The translations under genes were made by a program, and so were the position numbers. Of a DNA stretch of 64,000 bases, positions 1 to 8,520 are shown piece by piece (within the stretch, counting starts at the first letter, position 1; each line of letters opens with the position of its first letter). The notes beneath the pieces were generated by a model, which made no database searches, had not been told where the DNA came from, and saw only the letters and a program-made list of their open reading frames with translations. The stretch is from positions 3,115-67,114 of the forward strand of contig JASLNT010000050.1 in NCBI GenBank assembly GCA_030745875.1, written 5' to 3'. The stretch comes from Phycisphaerae bacterium. GTDB taxonomy: Bacteria; Planctomycetota; Phycisphaerae; SM23-33.

Positions 1-1
1 G

Positions 2-58
2 GGTTACAGCGAAGAGAACATCCGAAAACTCTACGAAGCAGGCGCAATCGCGCAATAA
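2..58 (+). CDS. 3' end of an unidentified CDS cut by the window edge
   Basis: The frame starting at nt 2 is open from the edge. It reads GYSEENIRKLYEAGAIAQ and ends at TAA 56-58. It is too short to assign. Confidence 0.3.
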   Translation, partial: GYSEENIRKLYEAGAIAQ

Positions 59-79
59 CGATACACAGGACTCGTGCGT

Positions 80-1129
80 ATGAAAGCTGCAGTATACGAA
101 GGACAGGAAACGATTGTGGTAAGGGACGTGCCCGATCCGGTGTTGGAGGACGGCGAGGTGCTCCTGAAGATAGAAGCGTGCTGCGTATGCGGTTCGGACC
201 GACGCACCTACCGCCACGGGCACGCCAGCATACCCCCGCCTCGCGTACTGGGGCATGAATTCTGCGGTACGGTTGTCGAATCGCGTGCGGCCGATCACGT
301 CGACATCAAGGTCGGCGATCGCGTTGTGATGTACATCGTTATGCCCTGCGGCGCCTGCCAACCCTGCCGGGAGGGCAAGGTTAATATCTGCCTTACCCGC
401 AAGACGATGGCGTATCACTTTGACGGCGGTTACGCCGAATACACGAAGATCCCCGCGGTCGCGGTTTCCGCGGGCAGTCTTGTCAAAGTAGAGTCAGATA
501 CGCCATCTCCGCACATGGCGCTCAGCGAGCCGACCGGGTGCGCCATCAACGCGCACGGGCACCTCAAGATCGGGTTAAAAGACACCGTTGCAGTGTTCGG
601 GGCCGGTCCCGTCGGAATTATTCACGCGGTGCTTGCCCGTTTGCAGGGTGCGCAGAAGGTCTTCATGCTGGCTCATCCGGGCAGTCGGCTGACTGGCGCT
701 GAAGCGTTCGATGTTGACGCGTGCGTAGCGGTGACCGACGACGGATCCCACAAGGAGGAAATCATGCGACTGACCGGAGGAGCCGGATGCAGCGTGGTCA
801 TCAGCGCCTGCAACAGCGCCCAGGCCCAGATCGACGCGGTCGAAATCGCAGCACGGTCCGGACGGATCGAGTATTTCGGCGGGCTGCCGAAATCAAACCC
901 AACCGCTGCGCTGAACACCAATCTTCTGCACTACAAGGAGATCACGGTTACCGGATCGTTCTCGGAGAAGATGAGCGACTTCCAGGCGGCTGTGGCGTTG
1001 ATCCAGAGCGGACGTTTCCCCGCCGACAAACTGGTCACCCACATGCTGCCGCTCGATCGCATGACAGAGGCTTTTGATTTGATGGACGCCGGCGCGTGCC
1101 TTAAACCGTGTATTGATCCCCGATTGTGA
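80..1129 (+). CDS. Zn-dependent medium-chain dehydrogenase/reductase (threonine/sorbitol dehydrogenase-like)
   Basis: The track ORF starts at GTG 74, but ATG 80 lies 9 nt after AGGA (67-70). Motifs seen: catalytic Cys region CVCGSD, GHE motif VLGHEFCG, structural-Zn motif CGACQPCREGKVNIC (C-x2-C-x2-C-x7-C) and Rossmann motif FGAGPVG. Confidence 0.85.
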   Translation: MKAAVYEGQETIVVRDVPDPVLEDGEVLLKIEACCVCGSDRRTYRHGHASIPPPRVLGHEFCGTVVESRAADHVDIKVGDRVVMYIVMPCGACQPCREGKVNICLTRKTMAYHFDGGYAEYTKIPAVAVSAGSLVKVESDTPSPHMALSEPTGCAINAHGHLKIGLKDTVAVFGAGPVGIIHAVLARLQGAQKVFMLAHPGSRLTGAEAFDVDACVAVTDDGSHKEEIMRLTGGAGCSVVISACNSAQAQIDAVEIAARSGRIEYFGGLPKSNPTAALNTNLLHYKEITVTGSFSEKMSDFQAAVALIQSGRFPADKLVTHMLPLDRMTEAFDLMDAGACLKPCIDPRL

Positions 1130-1195
1130 CGATGTGATCGGTCTGAATATCATGTTCATTGGCTGAAGTTTTTCAGACAAATGTAAGAATGTCGG

Positions 1196-1224
1196 TTGAC
1201 GAAAAGCCGCGTTTGTGATACACT
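1196..1224 (+). promoter_or_regulatory. sigma70-like promoter candidate (TTGACG-N17-TACACT)
   Basis: -35 TTGACG at 1196-1201, a 17-nt spacer, -10 TACACT at 1219-1224. It sits inside a 392-nt gap upstream of the PEP-CTERM gene. Confidence 0.3.
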
Positions 1225-1521
1225 ACGGCAGCGGTAGAAATTGTTGTTTAGGAAGTCCATCGGTATTTACGGAGGCCGTACCACGACCCGGTATTGCGAC
1301 GTCTTGAGCCAGACGATCGGGTCGAACAAGAATGAGGGAAAGACAGTTCTTGGAATGTCTGTTTTTCCTTTCCCGACGCGTGCGCACCTGATTTGCGCCT
1401 TCGTGCGATGAATGTGTATGAGAGGTCTGCGCGCACTGACGCTGTGTGAGCGATGTCATGCAGTTAACAATGAGGATACAGATATACTCTGGATATCCCG
1501 AGCGAGGAATGGAGTAGGACC

Positions 1522-2157
1522 ATGAGCAAGATTATGAACAATTATCGTATGCCTGTCGCAGTGATGATCGCAGTACTGGCGATTACGGCGGCTGGCGGTT
1601 TCGCCGCACCGGTTTCAGTTTTCACCGACAGAACAGCCTGGGAGGCGGCTATAGGCGGAGTAGACTGGACTGTGGACTTTGAAGGTTATGCGGTCGATAC
1701 GCCCTTTCACACAGTTGCTGTCGATGTCGGACCGTTTTCGCTGGAGCAGACAGGGACCTCGACCTCGACATGGCGCAACAGTATCAAAACGACCGGTTAC
1801 GCCGACATGTACACTGACTTCGGAGCTGTCGAAGTTGACCTTACTCTGGATGTGCCCGTTTACGCATGGGGCGCCGATTTCTTCGACCTGGACGGAGAAC
1901 TGCTGAATCTTGAACTTATCGGCGACGACAACCAGGTAGTCGAGGTCACGCAGTCGACAGGCTTTTTTGGAATTGTCACATCTTCAACGGCCGTACAAAT
2001 AAGCAAGATCACCTTTGTCTCGCGAACCGAGGATCTGGGCACGTCGGGTGAAACTTTCGAAATGGACGATGTAGCGGGCGCCGTGCCCGAACCGGCGACG
2101 CTGTCGCTCCTGACTATTGGCGGGCTGGGGCTGGCCTGGAGACGCAGGCGAAGATAA
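1522..2157 (+). CDS. secreted PEP-CTERM sorting-domain protein
   Basis: N-terminal signal peptide (MPVAVMIAVLAITAAGGFA). The C-terminus VPEPATLSLLTIGGLGLAWRRRRR has the full PEP motif, hydrophobic helix and Arg cluster. SD GAGGAATGGAG lies upstream. Confidence 0.8.
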   Translation: MSKIMNNYRMPVAVMIAVLAITAAGGFAAPVSVFTDRTAWEAAIGGVDWTVDFEGYAVDTPFHTVAVDVGPFSLEQTGTSTSTWRNSIKTTGYADMYTDFGAVEVDLTLDVPVYAWGADFFDLDGELLNLELIGDDNQVVEVTQSTGFFGIVTSSTAVQISKITFVSRTEDLGTSGETFEMDDVAGAVPEPATLSLLTIGGLGLAWRRRRR

Positions 2158-2339
2158 CGCCTCAGGGCGGTCGATTATACTTTTCGGGCTTCTGCGACTG
2201 AGATGTCGGCCTGCCGAGCCGAGCGTTGTTCGCCGGACTCTCCGTGCGGTTTCATATTGAACCGCGATTTGCGGGGAGGCGGTGGATGCGATTGCCTTAC
2301 GGGCGCTGCGTCACCTGCGCGGATTGGCTCGGAAGTGAT

Positions 2340-3227
2340 CTATCGCTCCGGCTGGACGAACACCTTTGAAGGCTTGAGGGTCGGTCCGTTCGGTGTGTCG
2401 ACCAGTTCTGCGATTGCGATTAATCGTCCGGAGAGATCTGTAACCGCGACTTCCGGTATCGCGTCTTGCCGCGCCGTCGACAGCCTCACCATCTTCCCCA
2501 TAGCGAGACGATTCGCGTCGTCCGAATCCACTTTGATTTCGGACAGTGCGTCGAGGGCTTTGATGGGATCGATGAGGTCTGCGGCGGGGTTCAGGTTGTC
2601 GAGATTGATCGCCCTGGAAATATCGAAGTTCCCGATAGACGTTCGCGTAAGCCCGCTGCAGTATGCTCCCACCCCGAGTTTCTCACCGATATCTCTAGCC
2701 AGCGAGCGGATGTACGTTCCGGCTCCGCATGAAACGTTAATCGTGAGGCTCGGATAGTCGTACTCGACCAATGAAACCTGGTATACGTTCACTTCGCGTG
2801 CGGGGAGATCGAATTCGTGTCCGGCCCGGGCAAGATCGTACGCTCGTTTTCCGTCAACGTGCAGGGCTGAATGGGCGGGGGGAATCTGAGCTATCCTCCC
2901 GACGAATGTTTTCAGGATGCTGTGAATTTCATCAACGTTGACCGGGGCGGCATGGGGGTTTTCAGTGATTTGCCCCGTGATGTCGTGGGTGTCGCTGACG
3001 GCTCCTAGCGTGATGACCGCCCGATAGCCCTTGGTCTGCTGCTGGACGTAGTCCGCCAGTCGCGTGGCCGGTCCGACACACACCACCAACACTCCGTCGG
3101 CGAACGGGTCCAGCGTGCCGGCATGTCCGACCTTACCCTTCCGCCGTCCAACAATCTTCCTTACACGCGAAACGATATCGTGGCTGGTCGGTCCGACGGG
3201 TTTGTTGATGTTTAGCAGTCCGAACAT
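2340..3227 (-). CDS. truB: tRNA pseudouridine(55) synthase TruB
   Basis: MFGLLNINKPVGPTSHDIVSRVRK...GHAGTLDPFADGVLVVCVGPATRL matches the TruB N-terminal and catalytic Asp motif (GTLDP). The start was trimmed to ATG 3227 because the track's 34-aa extension overlaps the upstream gene. Confidence 0.9.
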   Translation of the reverse strand: MFGLLNINKPVGPTSHDIVSRVRKIVGRRKGKVGHAGTLDPFADGVLVVCVGPATRLADYVQQQTKGYRAVITLGAVSDTHDITGQITENPHAAPVNVDEIHSILKTFVGRIAQIPPAHSALHVDGKRAYDLARAGHEFDLPAREVNVYQVSLVEYDYPSLTINVSCGAGTYIRSLARDIGEKLGVGAYCSGLTRTSIGNFDISRAINLDNLNPAADLIDPIKALDALSEIKVDSDDANRLAMGKMVRLSTARQDAIPEVAVTDLSGRLIAIAELVDTPNGPTLKPSKVFVQPER

Positions 3228-3229
3228 GG

Positions 3230-4243
3230 TTAACGAGTCGACTTTACCGGCGGGGAGGGCAGCAGTTTCTTCATTCCCCGTCCCAGTGCGTCTCCAATCA
3301 GGAAGTAGCTTTCGGCGTTTCCGAACCAATGGTGCCCGTGACCGGTGTTGGGCGATTCCCTGGCCGGGCGAGCAAACTGTGCGGTCTTCACGAATATTAC
3401 ATTGCCCTTGAATTCGGCGGGTCTGGCTGCGTCGGCCTGGGCGGTGCGGATAGCAGCCATGTTTCCGCGATTGGCCTTCTCCCCGCCGTTGCCCAGCTCG
3501 CCGATAACCACGGGCAATTTGGGGAGCTTGAATTCCTTGCGGATGTCCTTAATCAGATTCACGAGGTTCTTTGTGTACTGGGGGATTGCTTCCTTCGTGC
3601 ACATGTCGTTCCAACCCTGGAACCATACGAATCCGGCGATCTCGTATCCTTGACCGGCGTAATCGGGGAAGAGTTTCTTGATGTTGGCGAGAGTTCCGCG
3701 GATCTGGGAGATCATTTTCGTGTAGTAGGGGCCCACAGCTCCGCCGCTGCTGGGCGGGCGGAAATCTTTGTACAGGCTCTTTCCGCCCCAGGCGGTTTTT
3801 ATCAGCAGCACTTGCTGATCGTAATGATCTCCTACAACGTGTCCGAACTGCAGTTCAGGACCCATGTGGGCTTTCCCGCCGTAGCTGGTGTACCCGATGG
3901 TCAGCGGGCCGGTCTTGTGCCCGGCTCGCTCGGTCTGGAACGACACCCACACATCCTTTCGCTCGACCCACTTGCCGGACTTGTCCTTAAGGTGTGTGTA
4001 GCGTTTCGCCAGCGGTGAATGTTTCATCACGTGAACGAGATTTCCCTTCCCTCCGTTGTAGTACTTCTCGTGATCCATGGCGACTACGCCTTGTCCCTCC
4101 ATGTTCGACTGGCCGGCGAGAATGAAGACCTTTACCGGTTTCGGGGCGGATTTGCTTTTTTCCGTGGCGGCTTGCGCCGTGGCCGCCGTTCCCAGAATAA
4201 ACAGACCCACAAGCACACCGATACGCATTTTTTGTTGTTTCAT
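3230..4243 (-). CDS. secreted sialate O-acetylesterase-like (DUF303/SGNH-type) carbohydrate esterase
   Basis: Signal peptide MKQQKMRIGVLVGLFILGTAATAQA, then VFILAGQSNMEGQG (the GQSNM block typical of the family). The start was trimmed to ATG 4243, Met70 of the track ORF. Confidence 0.8.
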   Translation of the reverse strand: MKQQKMRIGVLVGLFILGTAATAQAATEKSKSAPKPVKVFILAGQSNMEGQGVVAMDHEKYYNGGKGNLVHVMKHSPLAKRYTHLKDKSGKWVERKDVWVSFQTERAGHKTGPLTIGYTSYGGKAHMGPELQFGHVVGDHYDQQVLLIKTAWGGKSLYKDFRPPSSGGAVGPYYTKMISQIRGTLANIKKLFPDYAGQGYEIAGFVWFQGWNDMCTKEAIPQYTKNLVNLIKDIRKEFKLPKLPVVIGELGNGGEKANRGNMAAIRTAQADAARPAEFKGNVIFVKTAQFARPARESPNTGHGHHWFGNAESYFLIGDALGRGMKKLLPSPPVKSTR

Positions 4244-4452
4244 CACTGCTCCTGCTGAAAGACACAATCTATGGTGGTCCAGCCGGTTAGTTTCTCCTGT
4301 TGCTTGTGGTCTGTCAATCTTTTGCATGGTCTGTGGAGGACTGATTCCGGGCGGTTTCAGGCGTTTTCGGCTGTCAGGGCTCATGTTGCCGACGCCATCT
4401 GACCGATGAATTGCGTTACCGCCGCTAGCGGTCCCAAAATGAGGAATCAAGG

Positions 4453-4911
4453 ATGATGAACACGAACTACACTACTCAAGAAGCAACCGCCCGGCAGAGA
4501 ATACGACATTTCTTCACGCCCGACGAAGCCAATAGTTCGCTTGTGCTGGTCAGGCGGATAGTTGCCGACGTGGTGAAGCATTACGATAGATTGCTGGAAG
4601 TGCACGAGACTGTCGAGGCCCTGGAGGCCGCAGGGCGATTCGGTCAGATTGAGGATGCTCGCGACGAACTGGTTCTGACCGCCGACAGAATCCGCATATG
4701 CCTCGAAGAGATCGAAGATGTCGGGGTCGAGCTCTGCGATTGGGAATTGGGAATAGTTGACTTCCCCGCCATGATCGACGGGCGAGAAGTTCGACTGTGC
4801 TGGCGGTCCGACGAATCGCACGTGACGCACTGGCACGAATTGGATTCGTGCCATCTGGGGCGCTATGAGATCGATACGCTCCGCAGCGCTCATGCGACGA
4901 CATCAGCGTGA
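4453..4911 (+). CDS. DUF2203 family protein
   Basis: FTPDEANSSLVLVRRIV...GVELCDWELGIVDFPAMIDGREVRLCWRSDESHVTHWHE matches my memory of the DUF2203 pattern (FT.eEAn..LP...G..vKD...GLvDFP....g.ev.LCW..gE..i..WH). SD AGGAATCAAGG lies upstream. Confidence 0.7.
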   Translation: MMNTNYTTQEATARQRIRHFFTPDEANSSLVLVRRIVADVVKHYDRLLEVHETVEALEAAGRFGQIEDARDELVLTADRIRICLEEIEDVGVELCDWELGIVDFPAMIDGREVRLCWRSDESHVTHWHELDSCHLGRYEIDTLRSAHATTSA

Positions 4912-5034
4912 TTAGTTCTCCCCAGCCGCCCACCGGCCTCCAAGTTAACATCACAGCGCCGATTCCGCGCGCCGCCGGATCAGCTTGCATACAAATCGCC
5001 GAATGTTTGAGGATTCTGCTTTCCGTGTGAACTT

Positions 5035-5062
5035 TTGATCCGTTCCGAACGTCAAATATACT
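5035..5062 (+). promoter_or_regulatory. sigma70-like promoter candidate (TTGATC-N16-TATACT) upstream of the giant-protein operon
   Basis: -35 at 5035-5040, -10 at 5057-5062, about 90 nt before ATG 5155. Confidence 0.3.
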
Positions 5063-5154
5063 AACGCCCGGACTCTCTAGTATTCCCAAACGTCTGCAGT
5101 GGCCGCTTCGGACGGGCCGGCGGTCCACACAGATCAACACGTGGAGAATTTATC

Positions 5155-8100
5155 ATGATCAAACGCCTGGCGATTACGGGACAATTCCTTACGATAGCGG
5201 CGGTGATGATCGTTTGCGTCACCGGCGCTCACGGACAGGCCACAAGGCCCGGACCGGAAAAAGTCTACATCCCATACGAGAAACTGAAAGATGTATTCGA
5301 ATCCGAAAAGCAGGGCGTCTTCCTTCCGTATGCGGACTTTCAGCGACTGTGGTCCGCCGCCCGCGGGGCGCCAGCTGGGGCTGTCGAATCACCACTGGGA
5401 TACCTGATCTCAACGGCCCGTTTCAGCGGGAAGATCAGCGGTAAGCTGGCGGAGATGAATCTGCTGCTCACCGTTGATATCATGAACGACAAGTGGACGG
5501 AAGTGCCCATCGCACTCGGGCAGGTCGCTGTCGCCGGGACATCATTCAAGACCGCTCCCGACGCCAAGGCCAAACCGCTGCTTCGCGTCGTCAACGGAAA
5601 GTACCGTCTGCTGGTCAAGGGCAAGGGGCGCTGGGTGGTGAGCATCGATTTCGTCAGGCAGCTTGTAACCAAACCCGGGCAAAACGTACTTGAATACCAG
5701 ATGCCCGCCGCGGCGATCAGCACGCTTGAACTGCTGATACCCGAGGAGAATATGAAGGTTGACGTCGAGCCGATGCTGGCGGCCGCAACCAGCCAGGTGA
5801 CCGCGCCCGACAAGACCAAGTCGACCAGGCTCAAGGCGTTTCTCGGATCCGCCGATAAAGTCAAGCTGAGTTGGCGTCCGAGAACGCAGGCCGCAGCGGG
5901 CCTGGCGCCGGTGGTTATCTGCAGCCAATTGCAGCATATCAACGTAGCCGAAGCGCTCATCACCTACGACGTGAAGTTCAACTACGATATCCGTCGCAGA
6001 GGCGTTGACAGTTTCTCGATACAACTGCCCGCGAAGTTCCGCGTGACCGCCGTTGACGGCGCGAACATCAGCAAGTGGGACATCGTGGCCCCCGCCAAAG
6101 CCGGCGCCGCGGCGCCCGCAGTTCAGGAATTGAACGTTAAGCTGTATTCCGAAGCGAAGGGCCCATATTCGCTCACTGTGAAGATGGAGCGTTTCCTCAA
6201 GGACGCTACGCTCACCCAGACGCTGACTCCGATAGTGACCCACCGCGTCCTGCGTCGCACGGGTTTGATAGCGATCACGCATTCGTCCAGGCGGTCGGTG
6301 GAGGTCGCCAACGTCAACAAGGAGCTTGTGCGCGTCGATGTCGGTCGCCTGCCGGCGAACCTGAAATCCCGCCCAGGCGTGACGGCGTATCGATTTACGT
6401 CGGCGGGGTACGGCGCCGATGTCGAGATCGCCACCGTTGCCCCGCGGGCGTCCGTGACGCAGCTATGGGCTCTGGGAGTCAAGAAAGACAACCTGCGCCT
6501 CTACGGGCGGTTGCAGTATTCGGTTGACAGGGCGGGGATATTCTCGGTTTCGATGAAGCTTCCCGAACCGTGGGAGATAACCTCGCTTGGACCGGCGAGC
6601 ATAGTCCACGATTACGAACTTGCGGGCAAGGGCGCCGACCGTACGGTGAACATCACGCTTAAGCGAGAGCTTAGCGGGGCCTTCGCACTGGATCTGGCGG
6701 CCCGGACCTCACGCGACGCTCCCGACGGGGCGGTCAAGTTCACTCTACCCCAACCTGACCCGAAGAACCTGCACAACTACAGCGGGCGGCTGATTCTCCA
6801 CCTGGCCGATTCGCTCCTGGCGGAGGTTTCAGGGCTCGATCAGCTTCAGTCCGTACCCGTCCGCTCGGCTTACCAGATGATGCGGGGCTCGCAAGTGAGC
6901 GCGGTTATGAGCGGGATGTCGCCCGCGATGGCGTTTGAATTCCGCGCCGTTGACAGCGCCAAGGCCGCCGGGGCGTCGTTCAAGACCAGCGTAAAGCCCG
7001 CCCAGGTGTCGGCGATTGTTCATCGCCTGGTGGATATTCAGGATGGATCAGTTCAGCACGAAGCGGTGGTTGCTTATAACGTTCGCTACGCGCCGGTCGA
7101 TACGTTCTACGTGAAAATGCCAGCCGCTCTGGCTGATGCGGGAGTTGACATATCCGGCGCGAACATTAAGGAGAAACCGCTCCTTCCGCCCGATCAGCAT
7201 CCTAAAATGGACACCGCCGAATCCAAGAAGGCCGACGACGCCAAAGACGCTCCGGATATCAAGTGGGCCTGCTACAAGGTCGTTCTGCAGTCTCCGGTTT
7301 CCGGGGAGTATCGCCTGCATGTAACGTGGCGTAAGAGTTACCAGGTCGGCGGCGATGACGGTCCGGCTAGGATTGATGTGCCCCAGGTACTGGCGGCGGG
7401 CGAATTGTCCGACCAGAGCGGTTACATCGCCGTCAAGAAAGCCGCAACCCTCGCCGTCGGAAAGGGCGAGATGAAAGATCTGGTGTTTGGCGATCCGAGC
7501 AGTGCTGCGGATCTTCCCTGGGCTCCGCACCGACGCAATGCGATAATAGCGTTGCGTCACAGCCTGGCGAAATACGAGTTGACTCTGCCCGTGCGGATGC
7601 AGAAAGAAGCTGACGTCTACACCACAATTGCAAATGCTGTGATTGTCGAGCAGGTGCTCGCACGGGACGGCACGCTGAACGGCAGGATGATATGTCTGTT
7701 GTCGACCAGCCGGGGCGACCGCCTCAGGGTGACCATGCCCACCGGAGCCAAAGTCTATCCGTTCATGCTTAACGGGCGTGAGGTGGCGGTTGAATCCCCT
7801 TCTCCGGATGTGCGGATCGTTCAGCTTCCGCATTCGGCTGGGCAGGTCGCCCGGAGCGTGCTTGAGATCACCTATGGGCTCGACGCGGACAGCAGTGCGA
7901 TCAACAGGAAACTGCCCGCCCCGGTGCTTTCGGATGAAGTGCCCGTGCAGAGAACTTTTTGGCGGGTATACGCGCCAGAAGATCATGTTGTGTTGGGCTA
8001 CGATCGCAACTTTGCGATCGACGGCGCCAGCCATATTGACAGTCTGTTCAACAGCGTAGCCACCGGGCACCAGCGGCAACTCGGTAAGTTCCCCGCCCAG

Positions 8101-8520
8101 GGACGTCTGTGGCGTTTCGCACGGCAGGGCGCCGTGGGCGAGTTCTCGATGACGTTGATGAAGCGAGAAATGTTTGTTGGGATTCTATGGGTCGTGATTA
8201 TCCTGCCCGGGGTCGTTCTTCTCAAAGTGCGCGGGTTTACGCGTGCGATTGTTGCGCTGGCGGCGATTACGGGGGCGGCGATTGTTTACCAGTTCAACCC
8301 TTTGCTGGTGAAAAACGCAGCCAGATTCGGCGTTTTTGCGGGTGTGATTGTCCTGTTGCTCTGGTTGGCGCATTGGGTGTTCTTCCGCCTATTGCGAAAA
8401 CGCAAGGCTTCCCTGCCGCCGCCCAGGCCCTTGAGCCCCGAGCCCATCGTAGAGTCCGTCGAAGCAGTCGAACCCATCGAGCAGAGCAGCGAAGAAGGGG
8501 GCGAAAATGAAAACGACTGA
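5155..8520 (+). CDS. giant envelope protein, paralogue unit 1 (signal peptide, ~1000-aa ectodomain, 3 C-terminal TM helices, acidic tail); family unknown
   Basis: 1121-aa ORF. Signal peptide ...CVTGAHGQ. Opening motif KVYIPYEKL...GVFLPYADFQRLW. C-terminal hydrophobic helices (FVGILWVVIILPGVVLL, IVALAAITGAAIVY, FGVFAGVIVLLLWLAHWVFF) followed by an E/S/P-rich tail. It is paralogous to the next two ORFs. Confidence 0.85.
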   Translation: MIKRLAITGQFLTIAAVMIVCVTGAHGQATRPGPEKVYIPYEKLKDVFESEKQGVFLPYADFQRLWSAARGAPAGAVESPLGYLISTARFSGKISGKLAEMNLLLTVDIMNDKWTEVPIALGQVAVAGTSFKTAPDAKAKPLLRVVNGKYRLLVKGKGRWVVSIDFVRQLVTKPGQNVLEYQMPAAAISTLELLIPEENMKVDVEPMLAAATSQVTAPDKTKSTRLKAFLGSADKVKLSWRPRTQAAAGLAPVVICSQLQHINVAEALITYDVKFNYDIRRRGVDSFSIQLPAKFRVTAVDGANISKWDIVAPAKAGAAAPAVQELNVKLYSEAKGPYSLTVKMERFLKDATLTQTLTPIVTHRVLRRTGLIAITHSSRRSVEVANVNKELVRVDVGRLPANLKSRPGVTAYRFTSAGYGADVEIATVAPRASVTQLWALGVKKDNLRLYGRLQYSVDRAGIFSVSMKLPEPWEITSLGPASIVHDYELAGKGADRTVNITLKRELSGAFALDLAARTSRDAPDGAVKFTLPQPDPKNLHNYSGRLILHLADSLLAEVSGLDQLQSVPVRSAYQMMRGSQVSAVMSGMSPAMAFEFRAVDSAKAAGASFKTSVKPAQVSAIVHRLVDIQDGSVQHEAVVAYNVRYAPVDTFYVKMPAALADAGVDISGANIKEKPLLPPDQHPKMDTAESKKADDAKDAPDIKWACYKVVLQSPVSGEYRLHVTWRKSYQVGGDDGPARIDVPQVLAAGELSDQSGYIAVKKAATLAVGKGEMKDLVFGDPSSAADLPWAPHRRNAIIALRHSLAKYELTLPVRMQKEADVYTTIANAVIVEQVLARDGTLNGRMICLLSTSRGDRLRVTMPTGAKVYPFMLNGREVAVESPSPDVRIVQLPHSAGQVARSVLEITYGLDADSSAINRKLPAPVLSDEVPVQRTFWRVYAPEDHVVLGYDRNFAIDGASHIDSLFNSVATGHQRQLGKFPAQGRLWRFARQGAVGEFSMTLMKREMFVGILWVVIILPGVVLLKVRGFTRAIVALAAITGAAIVYQFNPLLVKNAARFGVFAGVIVLLLWLAHWVFFRLLRKRKASLPPPRPLSPEPIVESVEAVEPIEQSSEEGGENEND

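Noticed and set aside
1223-1459. Minus-strand ORFs 1223..1459 and 1248..1436 in the first intergenic gap.
   Set aside because: They are short, S/T/R-rich, have no SD, and run against the promoter-like element. They are not credible as CDS.
3230-4450. N-terminal extensions offered by the ORF track, for example the esterase to 4450, truB to 3329, queG from 23845, LamG from 20905, the second esterase from 48815, M60 to 54550, the PQQ protein to 55847 and the sialidase to 63802.
   Set aside because: The extensions overlap neighbouring genes or promoter regions and lack an SD. They also precede an internal Met/GTG that starts a canonical signal peptide or a family-typical N-terminus. The track also treats GTG and TTG as Met.
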